From contig CAVZYA010000002.1 in assembly GCA_963779415.1 (NCBI GenBank), positions 288,001-352,000 on the forward strand: DNA of 64,000 bases. The letters run 5' to 3'. Numbering within the stretch: the first letter of the stretch is position 1; the number at the start of each line of letters is the position of its first letter. The notes beneath the pieces were generated by a model. That model was not told where the DNA came from. It ran no database searches and saw only the letters and a program-made list of their open reading frames with translations. The DNA is from an uncultured Acidobacteriota bacterium. GTDB lineage: Bacteria > Acidobacteriota > Thermoanaerobaculia > UBA5066. This document shows positions 9,180 through 19,714 of the stretch, one piece after another. The position numbers and the translations under genes are program-made.

Positions 9180-12100
9180 ATGAGAAACGGAAAAGACGCC
9201 GTCTGCTTCACCGCCGGCATGGAGGGGGCGGCTTTTTCCGCCGGCGTCATTCACGCCTATCTCGCCGCGGACCGCGAGCCCCCGAAGGTCGTTGCCGGGA
9301 TCTCGATGGGCGCCTTGTCGGCCGCGGCCATGCAGAAGGCTTATCGCGACTTCCTTTCCCGGAAGAACGAGGGGATGGATACGGAGGCCGCGAGATGGGC
9401 CTGGTACCGAAGGTATCTGACCGAGCTTTCGGACCGGCCACTGGACGTGCTCTGGGAAGGCATTCCCGACCCTTCGGATTTCTTCGCCGAGATGCCTCCT
9501 GTCCGGAATCCCGCGGTGCCCGAGACCCTGCGGGAGGATCAGGAGCGAGCCCGGCGGAGCCGATTCCTGCTGCTGCGGCTCGGCCGCTGGTTGGCCGGAT
9601 TGCGCGTGACCGTCAAACAGGTCTTCGACCTTGCCGTCCAGTACGTCCGGTGGAAGGAGGGATATCCCGAGCCGGGCGTCCTGCCCGGGTTCGCTCCCGG
9701 GACGCGGCGCTTCCTCGGTTTCCTCCGCTCGGCGCTGGCCGCCGCTGCCCGGCTGATCGTCGCCGTCGCCTTTTCGGGTTTCTTTCCCGAACAGCTTTTT
9801 GACAAGGGGCAGGGGCGTCGGCCTCTCTTCGGCAGGAGCCTTTTCCTCGCCTCCTGGCTCGTGATCCTGTTCTTCCCGCTGCTTGCTCTCACCGCCGTTG
9901 GCATCTTTCCGGGAAGGATGTTCTGGGGAATCGGCCTGATCGTCGACGTTGCCATCGTGATCGCGATCGCCCGCCCCTACTTCAAGAAGGAGTGGACCCG
10001 CCGGGTTCTCCTGGACATCGGTATCGGACGGAGTCTGGTCAGCGACTTCCACCTCAGATGGAAGCTGATGAGGCTGTTCGACGTCAAGGAAGACGACCCG
10101 ATCGGCGACGCCCCGATGTCCGCTCTGATCGTCGCGGCCCCTCTTCACACCCTGACCCGGAAGACCGGAGCGTCGGCGGGCCAGCCGCTCGTGGCCTATC
10201 AGGTCTGGGCCGGTTCGAAAGTACCGCTGATCGAAGCCCTCGGGGCAGCACTCGCGCTTCCGGGCATCCTGCAGCCGTTCCCCGCGCGCGCCGCGAACAA
10301 GGACTCCGCAAGGGGTTGGCTGGGACCGGACGTGAACGGTCCCGACAAGGGGACGATCGACCTCGTGGACGGATCCGTCATCCGTCAGAACCCCATTCCG
10401 GCGCTCTTTCGATACCTGAAAGCGAATCCTCGTCTCGAGAAAGACCTTCGGGGAACCGGTCCCGAAGACGCGTCCGTTCACGTCGTCTACAGCGTTCCGG
10501 CCAAGCCCGTGTTTCACAACCCGGAGGGGACGTTTCCGGAGACGAAGGCCAACATCGTCGACGTGGCCCGCTTGAGCTCCCGGCTGGCCCGTCGGCGCGA
10601 CACGCAGGTCGAGGTGGCGCAGACCAATTTCATGAGCAGTCTGGCTGCCCTCGACGGCGGCGGCGGCCCGCGGCGCGGAAACCCCGAGGACCAGATCTGG
10701 GCCGTCTTCGCCGACGAGATCGCCCCGGACGAAGACCTCGGGTTCGAGAATCCCCTCAATCCTCTCCGCTCCGAAGTCCTGAAGCGGGCCGCCGGCGGAT
10801 GCCGTGCCACGCTCGAGCGGCTGTACGGAAAGCGGATCCTCGGGCTCGCGTCTGCGGGAGAGGGCGCGGCGGGCGGGGTGCCTTGCGCCCGCCTGCTCAC
10901 GGAGGTCGCAGCCGGACGGCACTCCGGCGGTGACGTGAGCTTCTTCCCCGGCGTGCCGGAGGTCTGCGGGGCATGCCCGAAGGTCCTCCGCCCGCCGGAG
11001 AGCGAAAAGGCGCTCCCGGCCCTGGACCCGATTCCGACGGTCGACACCGCGCTCGGCCTCCCGCCGGAGATCGTCGCGAACCTCCGCGGCGGGAAACCAC
11101 GAATCATCCTCGTGACGAGCGGCGGCGTCTTTCGGGGGTCGTTCCACATCGGCATGGCGGGCGCGCTCTGGGCCACCGACATCCGCCCCGATCTCATCGT
11201 CGGTGCCTCCGTCGGAACCCTCATGGGAGCCGCTATCGCGAAGATGTTCGACAGCCGCGACCCGGAGACGCTCGAGAAGCTCGTGACGCTCTTTCTGCGC
11301 GTCGACGAGAAGGTGGCCCTTACGAAAACGCTGAAGACGGCTTCCAGGGAGATCGGCGTCCGCGGGCGTTCCGTCGACCTTTCGCCGGCGGAGCTTCGGA
11401 GACTCATCCACGAGGGGAGCCGGGCCGACGCCGGCTTCGCCGCGGTCGGAGCGCCCCCGGCGCTCATCGACGCCATATCCGACCTTCTGATGATTCCCCA
11501 TCGTGAGACGAGCCGGATCGCCGCCGACTTCGTCGCCGGCCACATCACGAAGGCCGTCTATCGCCTGATGGGCCAGCTCAAGCGCGAAACGGTCCGCCGC
11601 CTCGATGTCGAGGACGCCATCATGGGAGTCACCCTCCTGGAGAAGGCCTTCCAGGGCGTCCTGTATGGAGAGTCGATGCCTCCCCCTCTGGCCTATTCCC
11701 GGCGCCAGCCTTTCGCCGGCGCCGGCATCGGTTTCTATTGCACGACGACCGATCTCGGGAGCGAAGCCGCCGTCATCCTCGGCGACGACACGCCTTTTCC
11801 GGGCAGGCCGTGGGATTTCATGGAGTGCTGCCTCGCCTCGAGCGCGTTTCCGGCCGTCTTCTCGCCGCGGCGAGAGAGCGACCTCTTCCCCGGCTCCGGC
11901 CTCTTCAACAGACGGTATGCCGACGGCGGCATGTTCGACAACCTCCCGTTCCTTCCCGCCATCCGGATTCTCGCGACGATCCAGTCCGAGCACCGCGAAC
12001 AGCTCTTCCCGAACGCCCTCGACGGGCTCCGCTCCCGGTGGGAACGCCCGGACCTGATGCTCGTCGGAGCGCTCGACATCAACCCCGAGGAGGCCCCGGA

Positions 12101-12710
12101 CCGCGACGGCCCGTTCGACAGCATTCCGGCGATCGGAAAGCGAGCGGCGACGCTTCGCAACAACGTGAAGATCCGGGCCTTCGAGTGGGCCTCCGAAGCC
12201 GTTCATGGCCAGATCGGGCAGATCGTGAACTCCGGGCACGTCAACGGCCAACACGCTGTCTTCCTGGACACCGTAGTCGACGCCGGGGTCCTCCCGGTCT
12301 TTCCGATGGACAACGATCACCTCAATAAGACCTTCGCGTTCTGTCGCTCGACGGGGCTCCGGGAGGACACCGTCCGGAACTCCATCGCCAACGGTTGTTT
12401 CCAGACGCTCCGCGCCCTCGTCGATGCGAAAGGCCTCGCCGAGACGGCGCTCAGGGGCCTCCGCGAGGGGAACCGGGTGCCAAGCATTTCATGGCAGTCG
12501 TCGGAGTCGCGCGACGGCAACACATGCCCGTTCTTCGCCCTCGGGGCTGGTCAGGAACAATCGGTCCCGAAACCGTTTACCTGTCCCTTCGCCGCCGGAA
12601 ATGAGGGAAAGCTGGTCTTCTCCAGATGCCGCGATGACGGCGGCCACAAGAAGGCCAGGAATGACGCGCGGGGTACGCCCGGAAACGGGGATGTCTCAAC
12701 ACCCTCGTAA
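9180..12710 (+). CDS. Membrane-anchored tandem patatin-like phospholipase (two patatin domains)
   Basis: Domain 1: GISMG and DGS with inserted TM helices. Domain 2: SGGVFRG, GASVG, ASSAFP, DGG. Confidence 0.85.
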   Translation: MRNGKDAVCFTAGMEGAAFSAGVIHAYLAADREPPKVVAGISMGALSAAAMQKAYRDFLSRKNEGMDTEAARWAWYRRYLTELSDRPLDVLWEGIPDPSDFFAEMPPVRNPAVPETLREDQERARRSRFLLLRLGRWLAGLRVTVKQVFDLAVQYVRWKEGYPEPGVLPGFAPGTRRFLGFLRSALAAAARLIVAVAFSGFFPEQLFDKGQGRRPLFGRSLFLASWLVILFFPLLALTAVGIFPGRMFWGIGLIVDVAIVIAIARPYFKKEWTRRVLLDIGIGRSLVSDFHLRWKLMRLFDVKEDDPIGDAPMSALIVAAPLHTLTRKTGASAGQPLVAYQVWAGSKVPLIEALGAALALPGILQPFPARAANKDSARGWLGPDVNGPDKGTIDLVDGSVIRQNPIPALFRYLKANPRLEKDLRGTGPEDASVHVVYSVPAKPVFHNPEGTFPETKANIVDVARLSSRLARRRDTQVEVAQTNFMSSLAALDGGGGPRRGNPEDQIWAVFADEIAPDEDLGFENPLNPLRSEVLKRAAGGCRATLERLYGKRILGLASAGEGAAGGVPCARLLTEVAAGRHSGGDVSFFPGVPEVCGACPKVLRPPESEKALPALDPIPTVDTALGLPPEIVANLRGGKPRIILVTSGGVFRGSFHIGMAGALWATDIRPDLIVGASVGTLMGAAIAKMFDSRDPETLEKLVTLFLRVDEKVALTKTLKTASREIGVRGRSVDLSPAELRRLIHEGSRADAGFAAVGAPPALIDAISDLLMIPHRETSRIAADFVAGHITKAVYRLMGQLKRETVRRLDVEDAIMGVTLLEKAFQGVLYGESMPPPLAYSRRQPFAGAGIGFYCTTTDLGSEAAVILGDDTPFPGRPWDFMECCLASSAFPAVFSPRRESDLFPGSGLFNRRYADGGMFDNLPFLPAIRILATIQSEHREQLFPNALDGLRSRWERPDLMLVGALDINPEEAPDRDGPFDSIPAIGKRAATLRNNVKIRAFEWASEAVHGQIGQIVNSGHVNGQHAVFLDTVVDAGVLPVFPMDNDHLNKTFAFCRSTGLREDTVRNSIANGCFQTLRALVDAKGLAETALRGLREGNRVPSISWQSSESRDGNTCPFFALGAGQEQSVPKPFTCPFAAGNEGKLVFSRCRDDGGHKKARNDARGTPGNGDVSTPS

Positions 12711-12854
12711 CACGAGTTGCAGGATTGTGCCGGCATTCTTTCTGCCTCTCTCTGAGGTTTATAGGAGCCCCGGGAGGCGGGTCGCTCAAGGTAGGAACGG
12801 ACACCTCCCGTGGACCAGTTTTCCGGGGCAAGGTCCGGCAAGGTCGCCTGCCCC

Positions 12855-13458
12855 CCTCCGGAGTTCTTCCCAGGGGAGATGCGAACTCAAACCCCTGAAT
12901 TCCAGGCTTTTGCCCGATGGAACGGACGCCGCCCAGGAGCTACTTTGAAGACGGGAGCGAAAACAGGAGGCAGAACATGAGACAGCACGAAAGCGGAGAA
13001 AAGGTTCCCGGCGGGTTCTACTGGAAGCAGAACAACTGGGAGATCGAGGTCGTCAAGGGAGACGAGGGGACGCTTCCGGGAAACGTCGACACCACCTACG
13101 TGCGGATCCCGACCGTGGCGATGCTCCTCGGCGCGCCGGTGATGGGCGGGCTCTTCGTGATCTTCCTCCCCTTCCTCGGCTTTGCGATGCTGGCCAACCA
13201 CCTCGGCAAGAAGGCCTTCTCCGGCATGAAGCAGGCGGCGGACGAGATCGGCGCGGCGGTCGGCCCGGCGTGGCAGCCCGGCGAGGCCCGCTTCACCTCC
13301 AGGAAGAAGGCGAAGAAGGGAAAGAAGGCGGAGAACGTCAAGGTCGACGAGAAGACGGAAGCCAAGGCCGAAGCCAAGCCCGAAGACGGGAAGAAGTAAG
13401 CCCCCCGCATCCCGGGCGCGGATGCGGCGCCGCCCTGCCAACGCGGGGCGGCTTTGTT
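12855..13458 (+). repeat. ~605-bp direct repeat, copy B
   Basis: Near-identical to 6446-7050. Confidence 0.95.
12977..13399 (+). CDS. Small membrane protein, copy B
   Basis: Differs from 6568-6990 at only a few residues. Confidence 0.85.
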   Translation: MRQHESGEKVPGGFYWKQNNWEIEVVKGDEGTLPGNVDTTYVRIPTVAMLLGAPVMGGLFVIFLPFLGFAMLANHLGKKAFSGMKQAADEIGAAVGPAWQPGEARFTSRKKAKKGKKAENVKVDEKTEAKAEAKPEDGKK

Positions 13459-13519
13459 ATTATTGCGGTGTTTGAGCCGCTGAAGACACCCTCCGCGCCA
13501 GCGCCCGGCGTTTCTCTAG

Positions 13520-13583
13520 TGGCCCTTAAAGCAACTATTGGCCGCTTCGGCCACTTGTAAGTTCCTCCTTCGGCACCTACGTT
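13520..13583 (+). promoter_or_regulatory. Direct-repeat operator plus sigma70 promoter, copy 3
   Basis: TGGCCCTTAAAGCAACTATTGGCCGCTTCGGCCAC, then TTGTAA-N17-TACGTT. Confidence 0.65.
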
Positions 13584-13794
13584 ATTAACCGCCCATTTAT
13601 CAGGGAGGCGCGAGTGGAGCACTCCCGGGTTCGGACCCGCCCGCGGCGGTTCGACCGGCGAACCGTTTGCGCCTGCGTTCGCCCAAGCTCCTCGACCCCC
13701 AGTCCAACGAGCACGATCCCAGCCCGCCTGCGGGAGATTCCATGCCGGACTGCCGTCCTCACGGGACAGGCAGCAAGGAAAGAGCAGGTATTCC

Positions 13795-14958
13795 ATGGCC
13801 ACGCGTAAGAAGTTCCCAGGGCGCCCGGCGGCACGAGCGTCTTCCCGGACCCCAGCTGCCCCTCCCCGCCGTGCTCTCGTTCTCGCCGGAGGGGGCGCCC
13901 GCGGCTCGTATCAAGTCGGAATGCTCGACCACCTCGTCCGAAAGAAGAACCTGGACTTCCAGATCTTCCGCGGCGTCAGCGTCGGCGCCCTGAACGCCGC
14001 CTTTCTGGCCCAGGCTCCGGCCGGCCCCTCACCCGCCGACTCGCTCGCCAACCTCGAGGCGCAGACCAAGGCCCTCCTCGACCTCTGGACCACCGAGATC
14101 ACCGGCAACGCCTCGATCTACCGCGAGCGGCCGGGAGGCTTCGCCGGTCTTGCCCTCGGCGCCGACAGCCTCAACTCCAACGAAGCGCAGAAGAGACTGA
14201 TGGCCGCGCACCTCGACGAGAGGAAGCTCGCGGCCTCCGGCCGCGACTTCAAGGTCGGCTACGTCTCGCTCGTGAGCGGCCTTTACGAGGAGAAGGGGCC
14301 CGACGCTCCGTCGTTCCGCGAGCTGATCCTCGCCTCGTCGTCGATACCCGTCGTTCTCCCCTTCATCCTACGCGACGTACCCGGCGAGCCGAAGGACGTC
14401 CTCGTGGACGGCGGCGTACGGAACATCACGCCGCTCCGGAGCGCGTTTACCGCCAACCCGGCCGCCGATGAGATCTGGGTCCTCCTGACCAGCCGCGTCG
14501 ACCCGAAGCCGAACGGCGACCTTCCCGACTCGGCGGCGAAGGTCGAGACCTTCGACCAGTGGGACGACAACTTCCTCGGTACGAAGGTGAACGGCATCGA
14601 CGTCCTGACGCGCGCCGTGGATCTTCTCACCGACGAGATCTACCTCGGCGACCTCGACACGGCGCTGGACTGGAACACCTTGCTGACGCCCGTGGAGAAG
14701 CTTCTCGTCGCGGCAGGCGCCGGGCCCCTTCCGTCGGCACTCTCGTCCGCCCTGAATGACCTCCGCAAAGCCGCCGCCGACATCGGCAAGCGGGCCGTTC
14801 CGCTCTACGTCATCGCCCCTCGCGAGTGGTACGGCGAGCAGGCCAACGACGCCGACCGTGACAACAGCGCCATGAACTTCTCGCCCGCCGCGATCTCCCG
14901 GGCCATCGCCCACGGCCGCACCGTGGCCGCCAACCGCGCCCTCTGGATCCGGAAATGA
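13795..14958 (+). CDS. Patatin-like phospholipase
   Basis: AGGGARG, GVSVG, ASSSIP, DGG motifs. Confidence 0.92.
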   Translation: MATRKKFPGRPAARASSRTPAAPPRRALVLAGGGARGSYQVGMLDHLVRKKNLDFQIFRGVSVGALNAAFLAQAPAGPSPADSLANLEAQTKALLDLWTTEITGNASIYRERPGGFAGLALGADSLNSNEAQKRLMAAHLDERKLAASGRDFKVGYVSLVSGLYEEKGPDAPSFRELILASSSIPVVLPFILRDVPGEPKDVLVDGGVRNITPLRSAFTANPAADEIWVLLTSRVDPKPNGDLPDSAAKVETFDQWDDNFLGTKVNGIDVLTRAVDLLTDEIYLGDLDTALDWNTLLTPVEKLLVAAGAGPLPSALSSALNDLRKAAADIGKRAVPLYVIAPREWYGEQANDADRDNSAMNFSPAAISRAIAHGRTVAANRALWIRK

Positions 14959-15271
14959 CCATCCCTGCCACCGCCGAGAGACCCTGCCCGTTCTCTATCC
15001 CCTCTCGCGGTTTCCCCTCGGTTCAGCCAACACCTTCCCGAATCGCTTCGAGCCGGCAGCCCTTTCAGCCATGCCGAATCTCATACTCCTCCCGCCGCCA
15101 CTGCCCTTCGGTTGTCCAATTTCTGCCCTACTCATGCAACAAGACCGATGCCCGGCGCACATAACACAGAAATGAGACCTGCCCCGATCTTCTTTAGCGT
15201 CCCTTCCTCTAGCCGAGAACGCCACGATGCTGTCGATTACTTACAGCGCTATGCAACAACAGGAGACGCCG

Positions 15272-15562
15272 ATGAGTTCACCCGATCCTACGCTGAACGC
15301 TTATACCGGGACCCTCGTCCTAGACAATGCCATCCGCGAATCTTACCTAGCGTCTCCAGATACGTCAGGAACTACCAACAACGTCCTAATGATGCTCGAC
15401 CCTTCCCCATCAGGCGACTTCGATCCGGCTGAGGTCACGGCGGCGTACCTTTACTTCACAAACAAAGCTGGTGTTCATACCGGATCGACTATTACTGTAG
15501 TCGGGTTCTACGCTTATCCGCCAAACGGCAACCGACCTGCTATTCATGTCGTCCGAGCCTGA
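15272..15562 (+). CDS. Small hypothetical protein
   Basis: AGGAG RBS before ATG 15272; ends 18 bp before the next gene. Confidence 0.6.
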   Translation: MSSPDPTLNAYTGTLVLDNAIRESYLASPDTSGTTNNVLMMLDPSPSGDFDPAEVTAAYLYFTNKAGVHTGSTITVVGFYAYPPNGNRPAIHVVRA

Positions 15563-15580
15563 TGTTCGTGAGACCTTTCT

Positions 15581-17915
15581 ATGGTTTCATCCATCCGCCT
15601 AGCCATCGCCCTTGCTATCACGCTCTCGGCCTTTCCCCACCACGCTATAGGCCAAACAGCTATCCCTGCCGGCGCCCCACCTGAGCAGTTTCAACTCGAG
15701 AACGGTATCTACGTCGGTCAGCCAAAGGTATACGATGATAGATCTCTTCAACAGTTGCTCACCGCTCTCCGGGCACGCCTAGCCCTACTAACGGGCACAG
15801 ACCAAGCGTCTCTCCTCGCCCGTCTCGGCTCTCTCCAAGGCGCCTCCTCCAGCCAGTCCCAACTGTCCTTACAGGCCACCACATTACCTGTGCCCGGCTC
15901 AACGACCACTATGTCCTCCGGTAGTCCGTCGGTTGTCCAAACAGTAGGTAGCTCCACATCCAACGCGTCTGCCGGACCGTCCTTCACTGGGTCGAATCAG
16001 ACCGTAACCACAAACCCAGGCGCCACCACCCAACTGCAGACTACCGCTCCTGCAGTCACGCCCGGCCCATCCGCTTTGCCATCCAGCACCGCCCCTTCGT
16101 TTCCAAGCGTATTTTCTACTTCCTCCCTCGACACCCTAAACGAGCAAATGCAGCTTAGCTACGAATTGATCAATCTTCAAATGTTACTCCAGGGGTCCCT
16201 GAACGACGAATATGTTGCAGGGACCCATCTTGCCCGGAAGCACACCACCATAGGCTTTCCAATTAGCATACTTACGCCGCCGGACAAACGGTTCCGAAAT
16301 GCCGTTGCAGAAATTGAAGTCACAGTATGCAACCCGGATTTGGTGGATGATTTTTCGCCACCCTCTCTTATGACAATTCTTCCCCGCGAGAAAACATACA
16401 ATGTCGCCAGTATCGTCAGTAAGTCTACATCACTCGGCGTTGGAGCAGTTATCGGCGGGATCATTAACATTGGGGCGTCGTTCTTATCGGGGAGCCAGAA
16501 ATACTATCTGGTGAAAGATCAAGATACAGTAGCACTTCAGCGAAGGCCCCGCCTAGACGTCTGTACACCTTTTCAGCGCGACGGAGAGAGCATACCCAGC
16601 GTTCCCGTAACGTTTGCTTGGCAATTTCGTCCCGTCCTCGGCCAACACATACTTCAGCCGGGCCTGCGGCAGACCTTCGCACAGATATCGTTCGCTGCTG
16701 GGCCTCGGAATCCATCGAAGGTTCGGATTGTTTCGAGGTGGAGACACTATTGCGCCAAAACAGGGGTTGTGGGCGACGACGTCGACGGCTCAGCAGTGCA
16801 GCAGACTGAAACGATCGAGACTTTTTTTGCGGCTCCATATATTCAGGGCGTCTCCACTCTCGACAATCGCGATGGGACAATGACCGTTACGGTGGACGGC
16901 CATTTTCTACCTGGCTCGCGGATTCGCATTGGCGAGAATGTCATTGATGAATCCACGGCGACTTTTCAGAATACGCTTTCCTTTCTTAGATTTACGGCGC
17001 CGTCGCAGGCCATCGCACTAAAGGGTGCCAGCCTCGCCGGGCGGGACGGCGCCGAAAGTGAACTTCTCGCGCCTGAGCAGCAGAGCGCCTATGACGTTCC
17101 TGTCAAGGGGGCCGTGACTCTAAAGACCTTCAGCGATACGCTCATCGAGGTGACGGTACCAATCGACCCCGCGCAACCTAACCTGCCAACAGGCGGTCCT
17201 TATCCGCGGGTAGTGGTTTTGGGATCTAAGAGTTTTGGTTTGAGCGATGCACCTTTTCGGTCCGAGACACAGAGCGGCGTCTCGTTCTTGGCACCAAAGG
17301 AACTCTTAGCCGGGCAGGTGCGATTGTTGAGCAAGCGCCTCTTCCTCGGCAAATCGTTTGCCGAACAATACCAGTATCGCACCCTTAGGAGAAAGCGCCG
17401 TTTCCGGGATAGTCGTTTTGGTTGCCAGCAAGAAGCACACTCGAATAGCCGTCACGGGTAGTAAACTGAAGAGCGCAAAGATCCTATACCCCAAGGGCAT
17501 TCAGCTGGACGTCACGGACGACGAGACGTATGCTGAATTCGACATTCTAGGCGCACCCTCGGACGGGTTGAAACAAATCGTCTTTCAGATTGGTGGCGGC
17601 GCACCTCCCGCTATAGTGCCTCTGCCTGAGGCGAAGTCAGCCGTAGGTAAGCCAACGTTGAATCCGCACGATCCCATTATTGTGGGAGCCGGGGTGACGT
17701 ACTCAATAGGCGGTTCACTCCTTGATTCCCTAACCTGTGTTCGCTATCTTGGAAAGCAACTAGCTTACAGCCTCGCACTCGACAAGAGGTCAATCAACGT
17801 TAAACTGCCTGATGAAATTACTAGCACGCCTGGTATTAGACGGCTGGAGCTGACATTTTCCGACGGATCGACGCAGCCATTATTGATTACAGTCACTCTT
17901 CCGACGCGACAGTGA
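15581..17915 (+). CDS. Large secreted protein with Ser/Thr-rich region and IPT/Ig-like C-terminal domains (frameshift near 17370)
   Basis: Signal peptide; ORFs 15581-17461 and 17358-17915 overlap and join; TVTVDGHFLPGSRIRIG and YSIGGSLL are IPT-like. Confidence 0.65.
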
Positions 17916-18053
17916 GCAAACAGGACGCTTTTCGTGTTGGACGCATTGACAAGCACGCGTGTCTTGGGCAAGGGTTTCTTAGATCGGCGTGTAACCTCTT
18001 TCACCGTAGCATTCTGATTTCCCCCGAACGTCGGCTGGGGTTGAGGAGAAGGT

Positions 18054-19714
18054 ATGCCAGAGTCTGCAACTGTTCACGCCGCGGTCAATTCAATTCAGGC
18101 GGCCAGAATAGCGGCCCGAGTGGCTGACGCCGCCGTGACTGCCGCGGAGAAGGCGACTTCGGCCGAAACTGCGGTCGACGCTGCAAAGACCGCGGCGGTC
18201 GGGCCGCCACCGCCGCCAGCGCAGCTGACGCCGCCAAGGACGCCGGCGATAAGGCGACCCAGACCTTGAGGGCTGCTGACGCCGCCAAGGAGGCCGCCGA
18301 AATCGCACTTCACGCCGTGGATGTTTCCAGGGCCGCCTACGACGCCGCGGTCCGAGCCATGGACGCCGCCACGGCGGCCGAAGTTAGTAACGCCGCTGAC
18401 GCCCAAAGAGCTGTCGAAATTACGAGGTCAGCCTTGTCCGTCAGCGAGTTCGCGGCGAGGGCTGTTGCGGCCTCTACCGACACCGCCCGCGGAGCAGAGG
18501 AGGCCGCGGGCTTAGCTGAGAGAGCCGGCCACGCCGCCGGGAAGGCAGTTGACGCAGCCAAGGCAGCTGATACCGCCAACGACGCCTCGATTAGGGCGGC
18601 GGCGGCCGCAAAGGCAGCTGAGGGCACGCCCGAGGCCGCAGCTACGACCGACGCAGCCAAAGCGGCAGCTGTTGCTGCAAACGAAGCGAACGCTGCAAAG
18701 GTTAATGCCGCCCAGGTGGCAGCGACGGCCGCGAACAGCGCCGCAGCCGGAGCCGCCCAAGCCGTCAGGGCAGCCACTACTGCCGACGACGCAGCGAAAG
18801 AAACCGCCCGGGCTGCGAAGATAAGCCGCTTACCTCCGAAGAACGATACGAGTCCGTTTTACGACAACATCAGCGTCGGTAAACGGACCTCAGGCGGGGA
18901 TATCGTCAGGAAGATATTGTATGGCAGTCACAAATTTGTCATCTACGTGGACGAGGAGGACGAACTCCGATGCAGCTATGACGAGACTACTTGTATTGAC
19001 GGCGACAAGTACGTTGTCGAGGCCTACGATCTTTACTCTGAACTTCACGCCATCGCCTTGAGTAAAGACGCATTCAAGGAGGGCAGGCGTTTGATCGGCG
19101 CTGGCCTTTCATTTGCCTTCGAAACACAGAAGAAAGATGATAGCACCGACTTCTTCAGGAGTGCTCGCTCGTTCATAGATAATAAGGCTGCCCAATATGG
19201 ACAAGGCATATATCTTCTTTTCGCCGCTGGTTTCTTCCTATTGTTGACACCCTTCTTGTACTATCCTTGGTTTCCTGGGCTCGACGCAAGCAACAAACAT
19301 TTTGCTTGGGGTATATTCTTTGGCGGCGTTGGCGCTATGCTGTCTGTGTTGATTCGTTTCAAGAACACCGAGCTTCCGCGTTATGCGGAACCGATAGTTA
19401 TCGGAATAAGCGGCGTGATTAGGATCGCCTTGGGCGCTACCTTTGGCATCGTATTTGTGTTGCTACAGAAGGCTGACTTTCTCTTGGGGGGTCTTACAAA
19501 GAACAACGGGGCTGCGATCGCGTTATTTGCCATAGTTGCAGGTATGAACGAGAAGTTTGTACCTGATCTGCTTTCGCGGGCAGTGCCAGCAGCTGGAGAC
19601 ACACCCGATGGTGCCAAGGATGCCGCAGGCAAGGCGGCTCAGGCGGCGACAGCCGCTGCTAATGTTGCTAACGATGCCGCCAACAGGGCGAAGCAAGCTG
19701 CAAAAGGAGTGTAA
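18054..19714 (+). CDS. Ala-rich coiled-coil protein with C-terminal 4-TM domain (frameshift near 18200)
   Basis: GAGGAG RBS; Ala-rich repeats continue across the frame change; GGVGAMLS...RIALGA...AGMNEKFVPDLL TM module. Confidence 0.7.

Noticed and set aside
9039-12320. 1093-aa minus-strand ORF and similar long antisense ORFs (e.g. 53745-56132, 57301-59157, 33864-36203)
   Set aside because: Shadow ORFs of high-GC genes; they lack motifs, while the opposite strand carries clear ones.
9180-14958. CBASS assignment for the patatin genes
   Set aside because: No CD-NTase or Cap2/Cap3 genes nearby; the NTase at 24975 is a distant minimal type.
15102-15140. Possible fourth copy of the operator motif (TGCCC...GCAAC)
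   Set aside because: Spacing does not match and no adjoining -35/-10 pair is present.
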